A stretch of DNA of 64,000 nucleotides, from the NCBI GenBank assembly GCA_013239625.1, contig MU056262.1, positions 6,982,134 through 7,046,133 on the forward strand, written 5' to 3'. The notes under the pieces are model-generated. The model did no database searches. It saw only the letters and a list, made by a program, of their open reading frames with translations, and was not told the origin of the DNA. A program made the position numbers and the translations under genes. Of the stretch, positions 1-13,121 are shown piece after piece; position 1 is the first letter of the stretch; every line of letters starts with the position of its first letter. This stretch comes from Lama guanicoe. Lineage: Eukaryota.

Positions 1-10
1 GTGATATTGA

Positions 11-92
11 AATACAGTCATAGTTGGAGATTTTAACACTGCATTAACATCACTAGACAGATCTTCCAGACAGAAAATAAACAAGGCAACAG
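11..92 (+). mobile_element. LINE-1 ORF2 endonuclease-domain fragment
   Basis: Frame from 11 translates NTVIVGDFNTALTSLDRSSRQKINKAT, which carries the GDFN motif of L1 ORF2p endonuclease. Confidence 0.9.
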
Positions 93-136
93 ATAAGTAA
101 GGGAATTGAAAAGGAATTTTCCAGATAGGAACTCTT

Positions 137-161
137 TGTGTGTGTGTGTGTGTGTGTGTGT
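137..161. repeat. (TG)12 microsatellite
   Basis: Read directly from the sequence. Confidence 0.97.
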
Positions 162-189
162 AACTTACCTGACTGGTGTCAAATCCAGG

Positions 190-762
190 TGGGAACATCA
201 AAGTAACCACATCTAAAATACAATTCTTGGACCTGCCCCCTTCCTTGGCTGAGTAAATGACACTGCAATCCACCCATTTGCTCTGCCCAGATACGTGTGA
301 GTCTTTTACACTTCGCATTCAATTTATCTGCAAGCCCCTATGAGCTCTGCCTTCCAAAATGCATCCCATTTTTGTCCATGTCTCACCACCTCCTTTCTAC
401 CACTTCATTTCAAGCTACTACTGTCTCCCGTGGATTGCCCACCTGTTCTTGGCTCCCTGCAGTTGACTCTGCAGGTAGCAACCAGCTACTCCAAGAAGCC
501 TTCCTTAGCTCCCCTTTATAAAATAGCATCTCATCACTCCAGTTCCTTCACTTGTTTCCTTAGCTCTTCCCATTACCTGGCACTATTCATTTTTCTGCTT
601 CTATATGATCCCTCTGCTGCACTAGAATGAAGATCCCTTGAAAGGCAGACTTTATCTTTCTTGTTCAAGACTGTATCTAGAGTTTACAATAGTTCTGACC
701 TCAAATCTCAATACTAGGTACTCAGTAAACATTTAACAAATATACAAATGGATGGATATGAA
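190..762 (+). mobile_element. L2 LINE 3' portion
   Basis: Degenerate L2 3' motifs (ctagaatgaagatcccttgaaaggcagac...taggtactcagtaaacattt...atggatggatatgaa). Confidence 0.7.
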
Positions 763-2119
763 CATTTTAGTGTGGTGGTCACACTGAGCATTTAAATATT
801 TTATCACAGCCTGAGCATATTTTATGATATATTTGGTATTTTAATCTGTTTATTTTATAAATGATAATATTAATTATGAGAATGAAAAATAAATCTGACA
901 ATAGTTCCTCTTTTCTGGTTGGAATGAGAGCTTTGCTTTTTAGATGTTGGCCAAGTAGACTCCAGCAAGTAGAGTTTTTAAGGCAAGAGTTTTTTTTCCC
1001 CCCTGAAAATTGGAAGTCCGTGTAGAAACCTGAATCTTTTTACATGTGAAAGGATCAAAATGTTAATAACTTACTAGCTTACATCTACTCTTTCCATGTT
1101 TAAACATACTAGTTCAGTATCATTTTTGTGTGTGACAGGGTTAGGAGGGAAAACCGAGGGACTTATTAGGAAACAAAGCTTGAAGACCATCTGCTAGGAA
1201 TAGGTACTGTCTGTTCACCTCTCTGGATGCACCTTTCTCATTTGTAAATTGGGGCCTTTATGGCCAGGGCTATTAAGGAACATCTATTGTAAGGAATATT
1301 TTTATATGTGGTATTTTTGGAGGAAAGTCTGCCTAATTCTCACCAGTGTCTGTCTCTGAAGGGCCCATTTCTGCCTGTAGCTCCTCAGAGATAGACCAAA
1401 ATCAATCAGCCCAACAAACAAACAGAAAACCATTTCACTGAGCACTTTGTGTCTGGGTTTTCCCCAGTTCGTGTCTCTGCTTCTCAGGAAGCACTGCGTG
1501 AGGGCACAGGGCTGCAGGCCTGCAAAGTTCTCTGCAGTAAGCCTGGTGCTTCCAGAGCTGGTACTCTGAGCAAGTGTGTTGACTAAAGAGGATTGCCTTG
1601 TTTCCTGAGAGAGTCTTGTTCTCTTCTGCTGGCTGGATGGACAGCAAAAATGAGAACAGGGAGACCCAGGAGGAATTTTTACAGTGGGATTGACACTGTT
1701 GGAATACGTGAGGTGATGCATGGAAGTGAAGAGGCAACGGGCAGACCGTAGGGATAGCTTATGTTTAAAGGATGGTAGAAAAAGAGGAGAGAAAAAGAGG
1801 GCCCTGAAATGGGTTAGAGATAGCAGTGGAGTCAGAAGGAAAAGACTAAATGGAATAAAAATTTCTACTCCGGCCCCCAGACCACTGTAGAGTCTGCTTG
1901 GTTTTCTCCACGGGTCCTGAGCCTTACCCTCCTGGGTTGTTTCCTGTTTTTTTTTCTTAGTCACTTCCTGAGCCGTGGCTCCCACTGACACAGTGACTTA
2001 TGTTTCAGCCTTGCTGTCCCTTGGCAAACTCTGCTCATGATCCCTAGCACGATACACAGAATCCCAAAGCCACTCTGTGCTCTTATCGCCGTTTCTCTTA
2101 TAAAATGCACCCTCTGAAT

Positions 2120-2280
2120 CAGTGTTTCTCCATGTATAGTCTGCAACCCATCTGGGACAGAATCACCTGGGATGCTTTTTAAAATGCAAATTTCTGGGCC
2201 CTACCTCAGACCTACTGAGCCAGAATTTCTTGGGCTAGTTTTTTTTCCCCGTTTAAGAAGTTCCCCAGCCCATTTTTATG
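2120..2280. mobile_element. MER5-type hAT-Charlie DNA transposon fragment
   Basis: cagtgtttctc start and agaatcacctgggatgctttttaaaatgcaaatttctgggccctacctcagacctactga core. Confidence 0.8.
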
Positions 2281-2807
2281 GCTCCTGTTTATTCCTGCTT
2301 CCAAAGCCATGGACGTTGTCCTCAGTCTCCTTGCAGTTTCTGAGTTGGGGGTGGGGAAGGAAGAGAGGAAAAGACCATTTATCTGTGTATGTGAGGATCA
2401 CAGGTGATATAATTAGATAAAGAATACAGTCGTTAGAGGCCTCAGATTCGGTTCATTAATTGCAAGATAATAATCACTACCATGTTTGTGAGCTTCGAAG
2501 GCTGGGACTTAGATTTCCTTTTTTTTTTTTTTTGTTTCCCCAACTTGTGGCAGAGTGCCTGGCACAGCAGGTAATCAACAAGGCTTTGTCCAGTGGAAAC
2601 TAAACCAAATATCATCATCTCTTGCAAATGTAACGTTGGATGCTATTGATGGTGGAAAAATCAAATAAAAGTCAATAAGGCAATTCTTGATGCCTTCAAA
2701 AGACACCAGATTACATGGAATTTGATGATGATGATGTTGATATCAAAGACAGTAATTTAATCTAACATTCATTGAATGCTAATAGCCAATTTTACATTCA
2801 GTATTAA

Positions 2808-3085
2808 TTTATTTATTCAGTAACGGTTTATGGAGTGCCTGCTATGTGCCACCAAATGTTCTGGCCATTTGGGATAATCATCAGACAAAGCAAAGAGCCT
2901 TTCCCTCATAGGTCTCATATTCTTTGTGGCGGTGGAGAAATAAATAAGCCTAAAATTATAAATAAGTGCATTATATAGTGTTTTAGAAGGTGATGTGTCT
3001 TAGGTAAAGCATTGGGCTGGGTGAAAGGATCAGACAGCAGAAGGAGATGGGTTGTGGTATTAAAAAGGGAAGTAAATATATCTTC
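2808..3085 (-). mobile_element. L2 3' fragment
   Basis: Antisense L2 end: atttattcagtaacggtttatggagtgcctgctatgtgcc. Confidence 0.65.
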
Positions 3086-3104
3086 TTTTCTGGTCACCAG
3101 ATGA

Positions 3105-3240
3105 TATAGGCATTATCGTTATTATTCCTACTTATCAGAATAGTGGACTGAGTTTTATGCAGGTCCTTTGAGTTTTCCCAGAATCATGCTCCTTGTAAGT
3201 GATGGAGCTAGGTAGCCTCATTGCTGAGCCTGGACTTCTG
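3105..3240 (-). mobile_element. MIR SINE fragment
   Basis: Degenerate antisense MIR core (attattcctacttatcagaatagtggactgag...gtaagtgatggagctagg). Confidence 0.55.
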
Positions 3241-4019
3241 AAAGTTCCAATTTATATATCCCATTGTCAAGTGATGTATATACTGTTTGCATTTAGGATC
3301 AGCTGTGGTGGTCTTCCAGGCGTTCCAGCCCGGGAGTAAGCAATTCTAACTTTCATAATCCCAGGCTCAGTTACCCAGGGGGCACCCGGAGCCCTGTCAC
3401 CCGCAGAGTCTTCTGTCCAAATAAGACACATGATCCTAATAAGAATCAATAAGAGAAAGGCCACTGCATGTTTCTGGATGCTGAAATGGGGAGGTGCACA
3501 CTGGGGATGGCACACCACGTTGCAGGAGGAGGGGAACGTGAAGAGGGTTACATGCTTATTTTTAGTTTCAATTAATAATTTTTGCTGAGACATCAAGTTT
3601 GCAGAGACTTTTTAAAAAAACTTGCAGTATAATTACTTTCTAATTGCCAGAGATGAGTAGACATCTGAGTACAGTATTTCTGTATTTTTAATTGTGAAAT
3701 TATTGGACATTGTTTTACACAGCCTGACACTTTTGTTATTACCTGAGAGAAAGAAAATCGTCTTAGGACCGGGAGTGGTATGTGGGAAAGGAGACCTCAG
3801 AGATTGCCTTGCCCAAACTCCTCATTTCAGAGATGATGAAGTTGAGAGGCCCCAAGAAGGCAAGTGCTACACTTGCAATCCCTCAATGTCGAAGAAGAGA
3901 CACCACATTTAGAAAAGCATACATTACTGTCTTTGGGAACCATCGTTCCTTTCCTCTCATTCTCCAGGTGAGGAAAATGAACCCCACGGCATGCTCACTG
4001 CCTCTCTCATTGGAGTCTT

Positions 4020-4560
4020 ACTCTCTCCAACACATCCTCCGTGCAACCCGCTAATTTTCTTGAATGCAAGTATAAACACGTCATTCGCTTAAAACACACC
4101 AGTGATTCTCTGCCTTCAGAACAAAGCTGAATTTTGTTGTTATGCACAAAAGGCTCTCTGTTATGTGTCCTTGTCTTGCTTTGCAGATACCTCTCCTGAT
4201 GCTCCCCTATGGTACTTACTCCGCTGCCACACAGTCTGCTCTCCTCCATACTCACTTTGGCCTTGCTCTTCTCTCTCTGCAGGCTTCATTTCAGGTCTCC
4301 TGTCATCCAGGATACCCTTTCCACCCCTCCCTTTGGCCTGGGTAGGTGCCCTTTTCCTGTGCATGTTTCTGTCTTTTAGTTGTAAGTGGTACTGATACTC
4401 TGTTTATGTCAGTCTTTGTCATCACTGGAAGTCCACTGAGGATACAGATCATGATTTTTTAAATCAAACTATGTATATGATAGCACCATGCCTTACACGT
4501 GGGTAGCCTACAGTGAACACTTATTGAGAGAATACATGAGTAGGTGAATAACTGAATAAC
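4020..4560 (+). mobile_element. L2 3' fragment
   Basis: Pyrimidine-rich L2 body ending in acacttattgagagaatacatgagtaggtgaataactgaat. Confidence 0.55.
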
Positions 4561-4877
4561 TTGTGGATTGATAAAGGCTATGGTTCTCTAATGAGATTTC
4601 AAAAAGTGTTTTTCAAGAAGAAAACAAAGAGTAAAAATAGGATTTTGGCCTCTTACTGAAAAGTCTCAAATGAAATATACCCTTGTAAACTTTCATAATA
4701 TAGATGTAGAATTATAGAGGATTGATTAAAAAAAAAACATTTTGCAGAGACACTTCGTTGCCATTCTTTCTAAAAGTCTCAGTTTCTCTCTGTGTCAATC
4801 TTAGTTCAGCGGGTCCCCACCGTTCCACAGAGTTGTAACAAGCTTTACCGAAATTCTCCATATTGTATTATGAATTC

Positions 4878-5160
4878 TTCATTCATTTAAGATAGAAATT
4901 GATCTATGCTAAATTTGTCAATATGCTCCAAGACAGGATGAACAGATGAGTAAAATTAAAGGAGCTCATAGTCTAAAAAGAGATAAGCATGCAGAATTAG
5001 TTCATATCCAGAAAAACCTGTACCTAATGGCCAAATGGATATGCAAAGGACTGGGTTGTTCAGAAGAGGTAAAAGCTTATTCCTGTTTGAGGAAATGGAG
5101 AAGACTTTGTGAAAAGGAACCATTTGAATGGAACCTCACAGAATATTGACAGGAAAGAAG
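4878..5160 (-). mobile_element. L2 3' fragment
   Basis: ttcattcatt start followed by ggagctcatagtcta and an antisense L2 body. Confidence 0.5.
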
Positions 5161-5426
5161 TTCATGGATCATGTTAATAGTAGAAATTCTCAAAGATTAC
5201 TTGGATTTTTCTTGATTCAAGACAATACCGTGGGCTCTCCTTGGAGCTAGTCTTATTATTTTACTATGGAAATGTTTGGGCTTGATGACTTTAGCCTGAG
5301 TTGTTAGTCTTTTCAACAGATTACTTTAGAATCAAGGAAGTCACCAGGTGCTGGCAAGGTAAATCTGTTTTGGATTGCCAGACCTCCAGGGTAATTAGAG
5401 TTAATAAAAGCATTAAATATAGACAC

Positions 5427-5715
5427 TTCATCCATTCAATAAATATTTACCAAAGATGTACTGTGTAGCAGGGGTAAACTATTTGCTGAGAACTTAAAGT
5501 CTAATGAGACAGCCTTGGTAACAGACAATAATAAGGTCATAGCATAATTATTTTTCCAAAAGTATGCATGGTTGTGAGCATCTTGGGAGATTCCCCAGAG
5601 TGGGTGTTAGTTGAGCTGATCCTTGAGAGATGAGGGGGAGTTTGCCAGATATTCTGGAGCAGAAATAAACAGAGGCAACACATCATAATAGGTACAGAAA
5701 CAGGGAGAACACTGT
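5427..5715 (-). mobile_element. L2 3' fragment
   Basis: ttcatccattcaataaatatttacc antisense L2 terminus. Confidence 0.6.
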
Positions 5716-5739
5716 GTTGTTGAATTATTTTTTGAAGAT

Positions 5740-7935
5740 TCAAATGATCTCCGTTATTTGCTTATTGGCAAAAGCACTTTTTATTTTCTCTTTAGTGGCT
5801 GCTTTAGTGTTCATAGCAGTTATCTTTTACCTTACAAAAGTATTCTACCGTTTTCTCTCCCCTAGCCTTTGTGTTATGATTGCCACACATTTTACTTCTA
5901 AGCATTTGTAAACCACATAATTTTTTTTAAATTGCTTTAAAAATAAAAAAAGTAAAGTTTCTTTAAATAAGAAAAAAATGTTATATTTACCTGTATGGTC
6001 ACCATTTCAGACATTCTTTCATTCCTTTGTGTAGATTTCAATTTTCTTCTGATATCATGTTGTTTGGAGGAATTCCTTTAAGATTTCTTATAATGCAGGT
6101 CCACTGTTGATGGATTATTTGAGATTTTTTTTTTCTGTCTGAAAAAGACTTCATTCTGCCTTCATTTTTGAAAGCTGTTTTCACCAGATACAGCAGTCTT
6201 GGTTGACACAGCCCTCCCCAACCCCAAGTAATTTAAGAACTTTGTATCGGTATCTTCTGGCTTGCACTGTTCCAGCGTCATTCTTATCTTTAATCCTCTC
6301 TCTATATACGTGCCCTTTTCTTCCTCTGTGGATGCTTTCAGATTTTCTCTTTGCCTTTAAGCAGTTTGATTAAGATGGCCTTGGTGTAATAGTCTTATAC
6401 TGTGGTTTGTTGAGCTTCTTAAATCTGTAGTTTTAAAATATTCATCAAATTTGGAAATAATTTAGTTATTATTTCCTCAAATATAACCCTCCACCCCACC
6501 TTTTCAGGGACTCCAGTCACATGTATATTATGCCGCTTACATAGCTCCACATCTCTGTCACTTTTGCTTTGTTTTTTCAGTACTTCTTTCTCTTTCCAGT
6601 TAGTTTTGGCTGGTATCTATTGCTGCCTCTTCAGGCTCACTAATCTTTTCTTCTTAAGTGTGTAATTGATTGTAATCTCATTCAGTGTTTCTTTAGTCCC
6701 AGGTACTGTTTCTTTTTTTTTTTTCCCTCCACTAAAAGTTCGATTTGGGTCTTCGTTTTATATTTTCCACATCTTTTCCTGAGAGCTTGATTGGAGGCTC
6801 TAGCAGGGGAACACAGCTACTCCTATCCCCTTGACTGAGAAGAATGGTCCTCCTGTATTGGGGGTGGTCGTCCCCTTCATTCAAGTGCGCAGCTTTGGGA
6901 GGGATGCACATGGAGCGGTGAGGGAAGACGGGGACACCCGCCTAGCCAGCCAGATCAGCCGAATCACTCCTGGCGATCAGTGGGGCGACAGATGTCAAAG
7001 CCAGATCGCCCTCACATCCTTCCAGGGCTTTTCTTAACATGTTCATGCTCTCCTCCACTTTCTCAACCATGTGGAATGTATCTTGTCTGTTTTAAGGACT
7101 TTATCTGCTGGTTCTGCCATCTGTGTGATCCGTAGGTCTATTTCTGTTAATTGATTTTACTTCTCATTATGGGTTGTACTTTCCTGCTTCTTTGCATGTC
7201 TAGTAATATTTATCATAAGGATGACAATGAATTTTACTTTGTTGCGTGCTGGCTATTTTTTGTATTCTTTTAAATATATTTAAACTTTGTTCTGGAATAC
7301 AGATAATTTACTTGAAAACAATGTTATACTTTCAAGGCCTGCTTTTTAGCATTGTTAGGCAGATTGAGAGGACAGTTTAGACTGTGGGGCTAACTCTACC
7401 CTGCTGTAGGCGGGCAGTATCCTTCCTGTGTACTCTAGCTGGTTCACATGTATTCTCCAGACTTTGTTTGTTTGTTTAACTCTGGCTGGTGGAAGCACAA
7501 ACCATTTCTGGCCGTGTGAACTCCATGGATTGTTCCAACTGTTCCTTTCAGGGGGTTCTTTTCCCAGTCTTCTGCAGTTTCTTCACATGCGTGCACTGAT
7601 CAGAACTCAGGTGGAGACTTTAAGAGAACCCACTGCATGTCTCCAGACCTCTCTTGTGTAGCTCTCTCCTCCCCATACATTCATCCCCTCTTCAGTGCTT
7701 TGAGTAAAGCCCTGTGAATCCTGGCCGTCTTGGCCTCCAGGAGCTCCTCCGCTCAAGGAGGCCAAGGCTCCATTTGAGTTTCCCCTCCCTTCACTGTGGC
7801 CTGGGAACCCTCCAGGCAGTAAGCTCCAGGCAATCGTAGGGCTTACCTCATTTGTTTTCTTTTCCTCAGAGATCGCTTTCCTGATCTACCTTTTGTCTAA
7901 TATCTGAAAGACATTGTTTAATCTATTTTGTCTGG
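5740..7935 (-). mobile_element. Ancient L1M-type LINE-1 5'/ORF1 region, interrupted by a 7SK retrocopy
   Basis: T-rich strand with antisense L1M motifs (tctgaaaaagacttcattctgccttcatttttgaaagc, ttcatcaaatttggaaa, tcagggactccagtcacatgtatatta). Confidence 0.75.
6780..7019 (-). pseudogene. RN7SK: 7SK snRNA retropseudogene, 3'-truncated (about nt 1-238 of 7SK)
   Basis: The reverse complement begins GGATGTGAGGGCGATCTGGC, contains GATTCGGCTGATCTGGCTGGCTAGGCGGGTGTCCCC and ends CCTCCAATCAAGCTCTCA. It has scattered substitutions, no 3' hairpin or oligo-U, and no evident PSE/TATA upstream. Confidence 0.96.
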
Positions 7936-8129
7936 TTAATTGCTAGAAGTAAACTGGAAGCACACAATCATTCATGGGGTGCTACTGGAATTCATGCAGT
8001 TCAGGATTTCTCACTGTTAAAATGAAAAGGATGGAGGAACAAGAGGAAAGTCTGGATAGCTGAAGAGAAGTTGTGCGACAAAAGGCCTTCTTATCATGAT
8101 GGTGACTAAGGTACTTGGATGAGTTGTGA

Positions 8130-8640
8130 GCCAACTTATAATTAAGCAACATGGTATAGTGGAGCCTAGACGGGACTTAGGGAAGCTAAGTGTTGGAAAT
8201 CTAGAACAGAGGTTCTGGAAATAACCCAGGTGAGACACTGTGAGGATGAAAGTCCAGACAGTGATGGTAACCAGAGCTGAGTGGGCTATTCTGGATCTTA
8301 GTGATGACAGGACTCAGTGCCATGATCTGTGTGTTTGAGTAGGAGGTAGCAACTGGAGTGGAGAAAGATTTTAAGAAGCCATTTAAGTGTAAGCTTTGGA
8401 TGAACTGATAGACGTGGTACCAGAGGGCCAAGAGAAGAGGGACCACAGGGTAGAGAATACATATTGTGGGGAAGAAGATTAATTCCGTTTGAGGCTTGTT
8501 GAGTTGAAGAGCCTGTGGAATCCTCAAGTGTGCAATATCTCTTAGATGCTCGTTACATAGAGAGCTAAAGAGAGAGGCATTAATTAGAAATAAAGTTTCA
8601 GGATTATTAGCATTTAAGTGCCAGTTGAGGCTGTATACTG
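8130..8640 (-). mobile_element. L2 internal/3' fragment
   Basis: Purine-rich antisense L2 (gtagcaactggagtggagaaag...ttgttgagttgaagagcctgtggaatcctcaagtg). Confidence 0.6.
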
Positions 8641-8889
8641 GGTTACACCCTTCACCCTGTCGCTCCCATGAACTATTTCACTGTTCATTTTTGCTGGCAG
8701 GCACTATTGGCTGTTTACCCATGGCTGTTTCTCTACTTCCATTCTCCCTCAGTGGCAGCACATCACTTTTGTCTGAGAATGTGTCACCTAAAGTCACATG
8801 CTCAGAGGGGTAGAGAACAACTCTAGACCAGAGTGTGGATCTTGTTTGATATAAACTAGTCTTGGAGATCTCAGTCAGTGGTGGGCTTA

Positions 8890-9200
8890 GACAGAGGAGG
8901 GAAGGGGTCAGACAAAACCAGACTCAAATCCCAGCTCTCATACCGACAAGCCCCATGTGACTTTGGGTCGTTACTTAAACTCATTAAGCAGCAGGGAATT
9001 GATTTATATAATGAGGTAGCAGAGATATTATAATTCACAGATTTGCTCAAAATATTGAACATTTACTCAATGTAACACACACACACTGCCAGATGCTAAA
9101 GAGAGAGTGGTGGTGAAGATAGACCCAGTTCTTGCCTTCATCAAATGGATGACTTCTCAATGAATACAATACAAACAGCAATGACAATAAAGTGGGACAA
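8890..9200. mobile_element. MIR fragment (+) followed by L2 3' fragment (-)
   Basis: agactcaaatcccagctct...tgtgactttgggtcgttacttaaactc, then atttgctcaaaatattgaacatttact. Confidence 0.6.
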
Positions 9201-11239
9201 ATAAATCAGTTGAGCAGATCTATCTGTTAAAATTTATGTTTATTCTGAAGATTTAAGGATCAAACCAATAATGTGTGGACATCTCTAAATGAACTCCCTG
9301 GAACACTAATGTTGCTCAATAAATGACCAGCACATTGCATTGAGAGGTAGTAAATGGTTGAAAGCTTCACTGTTGAAGGAAAGGTCTAAGTAAAAGTCTA
9401 TATCTTTGTGGGATATGTGGGAGCGTTGGTAATCAAGAAATTTGATGGAAGCATCAGATATAAACAAACGATTTAGCTGATTTGGCTGTAGAGGTTGGCA
9501 TTGGATCACAGAGATCTTTCAAATAACAACTAAGAAGCACTTTGGCATAAAGAAGCTTTGTACACCACACACACACCTGTATTGCATATATACATGGGTA
9601 CACTTGTACATACACACATATAAAACTTTTGCCACTTTCCCTTAGCTTGATAGCTTTTACAAAGTAGCTTTGATCAATCTCTAACCAGAATTGTCATTGG
9701 TGAATAATGCCGTGAGAGTTGTATGAAACATATCCTGCACTAGTGTATCCGGAGCAAAGATAAAGTGTCGACAGGATGATTGAGTTCAGCTTGCAAAATT
9801 GATTATTTTACTTCCCAACTGTCTAGCCTTTAATTGAAATGGATAGGTTTGACGGAGCACCCTTGGCCTTGGCCTTGGCCATGGTGTCTGGCAGAGCCTG
9901 AAAACTAACACCCTGACTTCTAAGGGCACTGAGCCAAAGGTTCCCGTAGGTCAGTTCTCCCTCCCCATTCTGTCCTGTGGACAAGGATGGGATCAATGGG
10001 AAACCTGCCAGGTCGCCAGCCTGACGCCTTCCATCCTCCGTGCAGGGAAAGGGAGCTTGCACTACCCCAGTAGCAGGAAATAAAATAGATTTCAGTGCAC
10101 ACGTGAGTGTTCAGCCACCCATCAAGATCACCCACCCCCAGAGGGAAAAATATCCTTGCTGAAAAAAGAAAAATCGGGGAATTATTTCTCCGAAATAATT
10201 TAACTGGTTCTACTCTGGCTAAATTGGAAATAGTGGCCAAGGGATCCTGACCTCAAAGTCTGGTGCCACATTTTCCATAAAAAACAACAGGTAAGTTGAT
10301 GCAGAATGACCTAAGGACCTGTGTAGCATTCATTCACTGAAGATGCAGAGGTTGAAAAGGCCATTGCTTCCGTGGTAGGATGTGGGACATGCTAGAGCAG
10401 CCAAACAGCAAATGGGACAGGCTGCACCTGCTTGAAAAGCCAATTTGGTGATCTACCGTGCAGAATTTTAACCCAGTGCACCTTTCCATGAGGTTCACTG
10501 GTACACTTCTGGATGAATGTCTGCTTGGCTTGTCCCGGGTCTTTGAAACAAGCATGTGGTACTGGCAGGATTGGCCAAATTGCCACCCTTGTGTAGCAGA
10601 CAAAGGAGCTGTGCTCCTGTTTTTACTGAGGTCCTATTAGAAGTTTATTGGGAAAAAACATGACTTAGAAGAGAATATGTGTACACACGTATGAATGATT
10701 GCATTTTGATGCTATAAGTATCACAAAATCTCCGTTATCATTGTGTGTATACTATATTCTTAGCATCACTGGAAAAAAAACCCCACCAAATCAAAGTGTG
10801 AAGAACCTGCTGTTTGGGGACTGATTATTCCTGCTCTTTCTTTAGTCTATTTTCTGTTCTTAGAAGACCTTCAAGACTGTTAATAGTTGAATGCTCCCCT
10901 TTGCCTTCATCAACACTCTAAATGCTGTTATTCTTTTTTCCTTGTGATGATGCCAATGGTCTGATCCCTCCTAATGATTTTGATTGTTGTTTTTTCCCGT
11001 GTTTTGGTGGAAAAACGGTAATTTTTAGTTTGGCTCCTCTTGGAATTTTCTCCCTCCAACAATTTAAAGAAAACTCTCTTCCCCAGCATCAAAGCAAACT
11101 CCTGTGTTGCATCAGGAGTCAACATAGCTATGGAAACACTGTCCTCTTGCTCTTTTAATTCTTTCACAATGACTTAGATCACCAATCAACCCATGTTTTC
11201 TTCTAAAATCACCACATTCCTGAAGAGACTAAATATTAT

Positions 11240-11660
11240 ATTTAGTGAAGTCTTATATGCAAAATTTTACATCAGTTTACTTACAGTGGCAAAAACACTG
11301 GGATGTGGGTGCAACATACATCTCCCATTACAGAACACCAAATAAGTTACAGTGTGTTTAATAGATGGAATATTACATAACCATTAAAATGATACCTATG
11401 AATAGTTTCTGATGAACTAGGGAAATGTTTCTAATTCTAAAGCTAAGATAAATCAAAACACAGAACTAAATTCTAACCAACCCACAATACACGCTATTAC
11501 TCATTTGCATATTTGTCTAAAGGGATACATAAAAGTTAACAGTTCCTCAAAAGCTTAAGAGTGATTATTTCTAAACTGAGAAATTATGAGTACTTTTTTC
11601 TTCATGTGTTTTAATACTTTTAAAATGGCTATGTATTGAATTTTAAAATGAAAGAAAATT
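11240..11660 (+). mobile_element. L1ME-type 3' end
   Basis: atagatggaatattacataaccattaaaatgat...gtgattatttct...A-rich end. Confidence 0.6.
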
Positions 11661-12665
11661 AAAGCCATTTAAAGACAAATAACTTGTCTGAAGGAAAAGA
11701 ATGCTAGGTGGCCCCTTAGTCATCAAATTCACTGACCTTTTTTCCTAAACCTAGAGAGTTCACCGCTGTTTATCCCAGTGTCTACTGAGACTGAATCCAG
11801 ATTCCCTAGATGCTGAAATGACTTGCTAGAATGAAACAGCAACTTAGTAATTAGGTCAGTTCTGGACATGTCCCCAGTGACATCTGCTGTGAATAGTTTG
11901 GGGTCTTCTGCTCTTGTCATTCAACCAGCTGTTTTATGTTTTGTGACCTGTGGCTCAACAGCTATTGCAAATATCTGCCTCCCTCTCCCTGAGAGATTTT
12001 TATTGGAAGCATTAAGCACCCTACTGTTACAGCTTATTTCATGACATTTCCCAAAGTCACAAGGAATATGACATGGCATTTTACAGGGTTGTGATTTTAC
12101 AAACATTTCTATAAAACATCTTGAGGGTTTCTCATTAAACTAGACCAGTTTCATGAGGACAACTGGTGGTTTGGAAGATTTCTTCTTGCATCAAAACTAG
12201 GTGCTCCAACTTCTGATTCATTCATTCGCTGTCTGCAGATCCTTTGCCAAACCTTGGAGACAGCTCTCCCCCAGAAGCTAATTCCTTCAAACTTCTCATT
12301 CCTTTTGAGGAAAGACACTTGTGCCAAGATATACTTTCATTAAAGGGAAAATAGAGAGTTGAAATTTTTCAAGTCTAGAAAGTCCGTCAAAAATTTAAGA
12401 CTTTGCTCAAACTCTAGATTTACTAATAATGAGATTATGTGAACCATAGGTGGAGCATTGATGAAATCATGTAAGTTTATAGCTAGTAGCATTTATCAAA
12501 GTGTATTAATCGGTATTCATGAACAAAAGTATCTGGTTAACTGCATGGGGAACTACTGGGTTAAGTGAAGATACACACATTTATTCACTGCAGGATTTCT
12601 CAAAATTCTTAATTCATAAAAAAAAATATAAGAAGAAGTTAGGTCTTCCAGGAGGGTCTATGGCC

Positions 12666-12885
12666 TGTGGTAGCAGCTGATGCTATCTTCCCTGTTAGCT
12701 TGGGCTTCCGCCTTCTGGAAGCTAACTGTGTCTCCTGATCCATAGAACTGAGCACATGACCACGCCTGGGCAACCACAGATTTAATGCACTTTTTTCAAC
12801 AGCAGTTAGTCCAAGGGGTGGGTTTATGAACCACATCAGCCAATCAGAACCTTCCCTGGGATTCGATAGAAATGATGAGAGAAAG
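12666..12885 (+). mobile_element. LTR16/LTR33-like ERVL LTR fragment
   Basis: tgtggtagcag start; ggggtgggtttatgaaccacatcagccaatcagaaccttccctgggatt. Confidence 0.6.
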
Positions 12886-12899
12886 AAGTGTCCCCTTCC

Positions 12900-13121
12900 T
12901 TTCACTTCCTCCTTTCCAACCCCTTTCTTTGCTGTATTTTTCTCTACAGCATTTACCAGCCTCTGGTACATTATGTGTTTTTCTTGTTTGTTTTGTTTAT
13001 TGTCTGTCTCTCCTCAGTAACATATAAGCTCTGTGAGGGCAGGGCTTTATTTCTGTTCTGTCCACTGGTATATGCAGTGTGTGACACATAGTATATGCTC
13101 AATAAATATTTGTTGTTGAAT
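12900..13121 (+). mobile_element. L2 3' end
   Basis: catataagctctgtgagggcagggc...gacacatagtatatgctcaataaatatttgttgttgaat. Confidence 0.85.

Noticed and set aside
1302-1991. 229-aa minus-strand ORF
   Set aside because: No recognisable domain, a non-ATG start, and low-complexity stretches from A/T runs; consistent with a chance ORF.
6780-7019. Functional 7SK gene
   Set aside because: It lacks the 3' ~90 nt and terminator, carries many substitutions and sits inside an L1 with no type-3 Pol III promoter.
11864-11873. Perfect p53 half-site GGACATGTCC
   Set aside because: No acceptable adjacent second half-site; a lone decamer is expected by chance in 64 kb.
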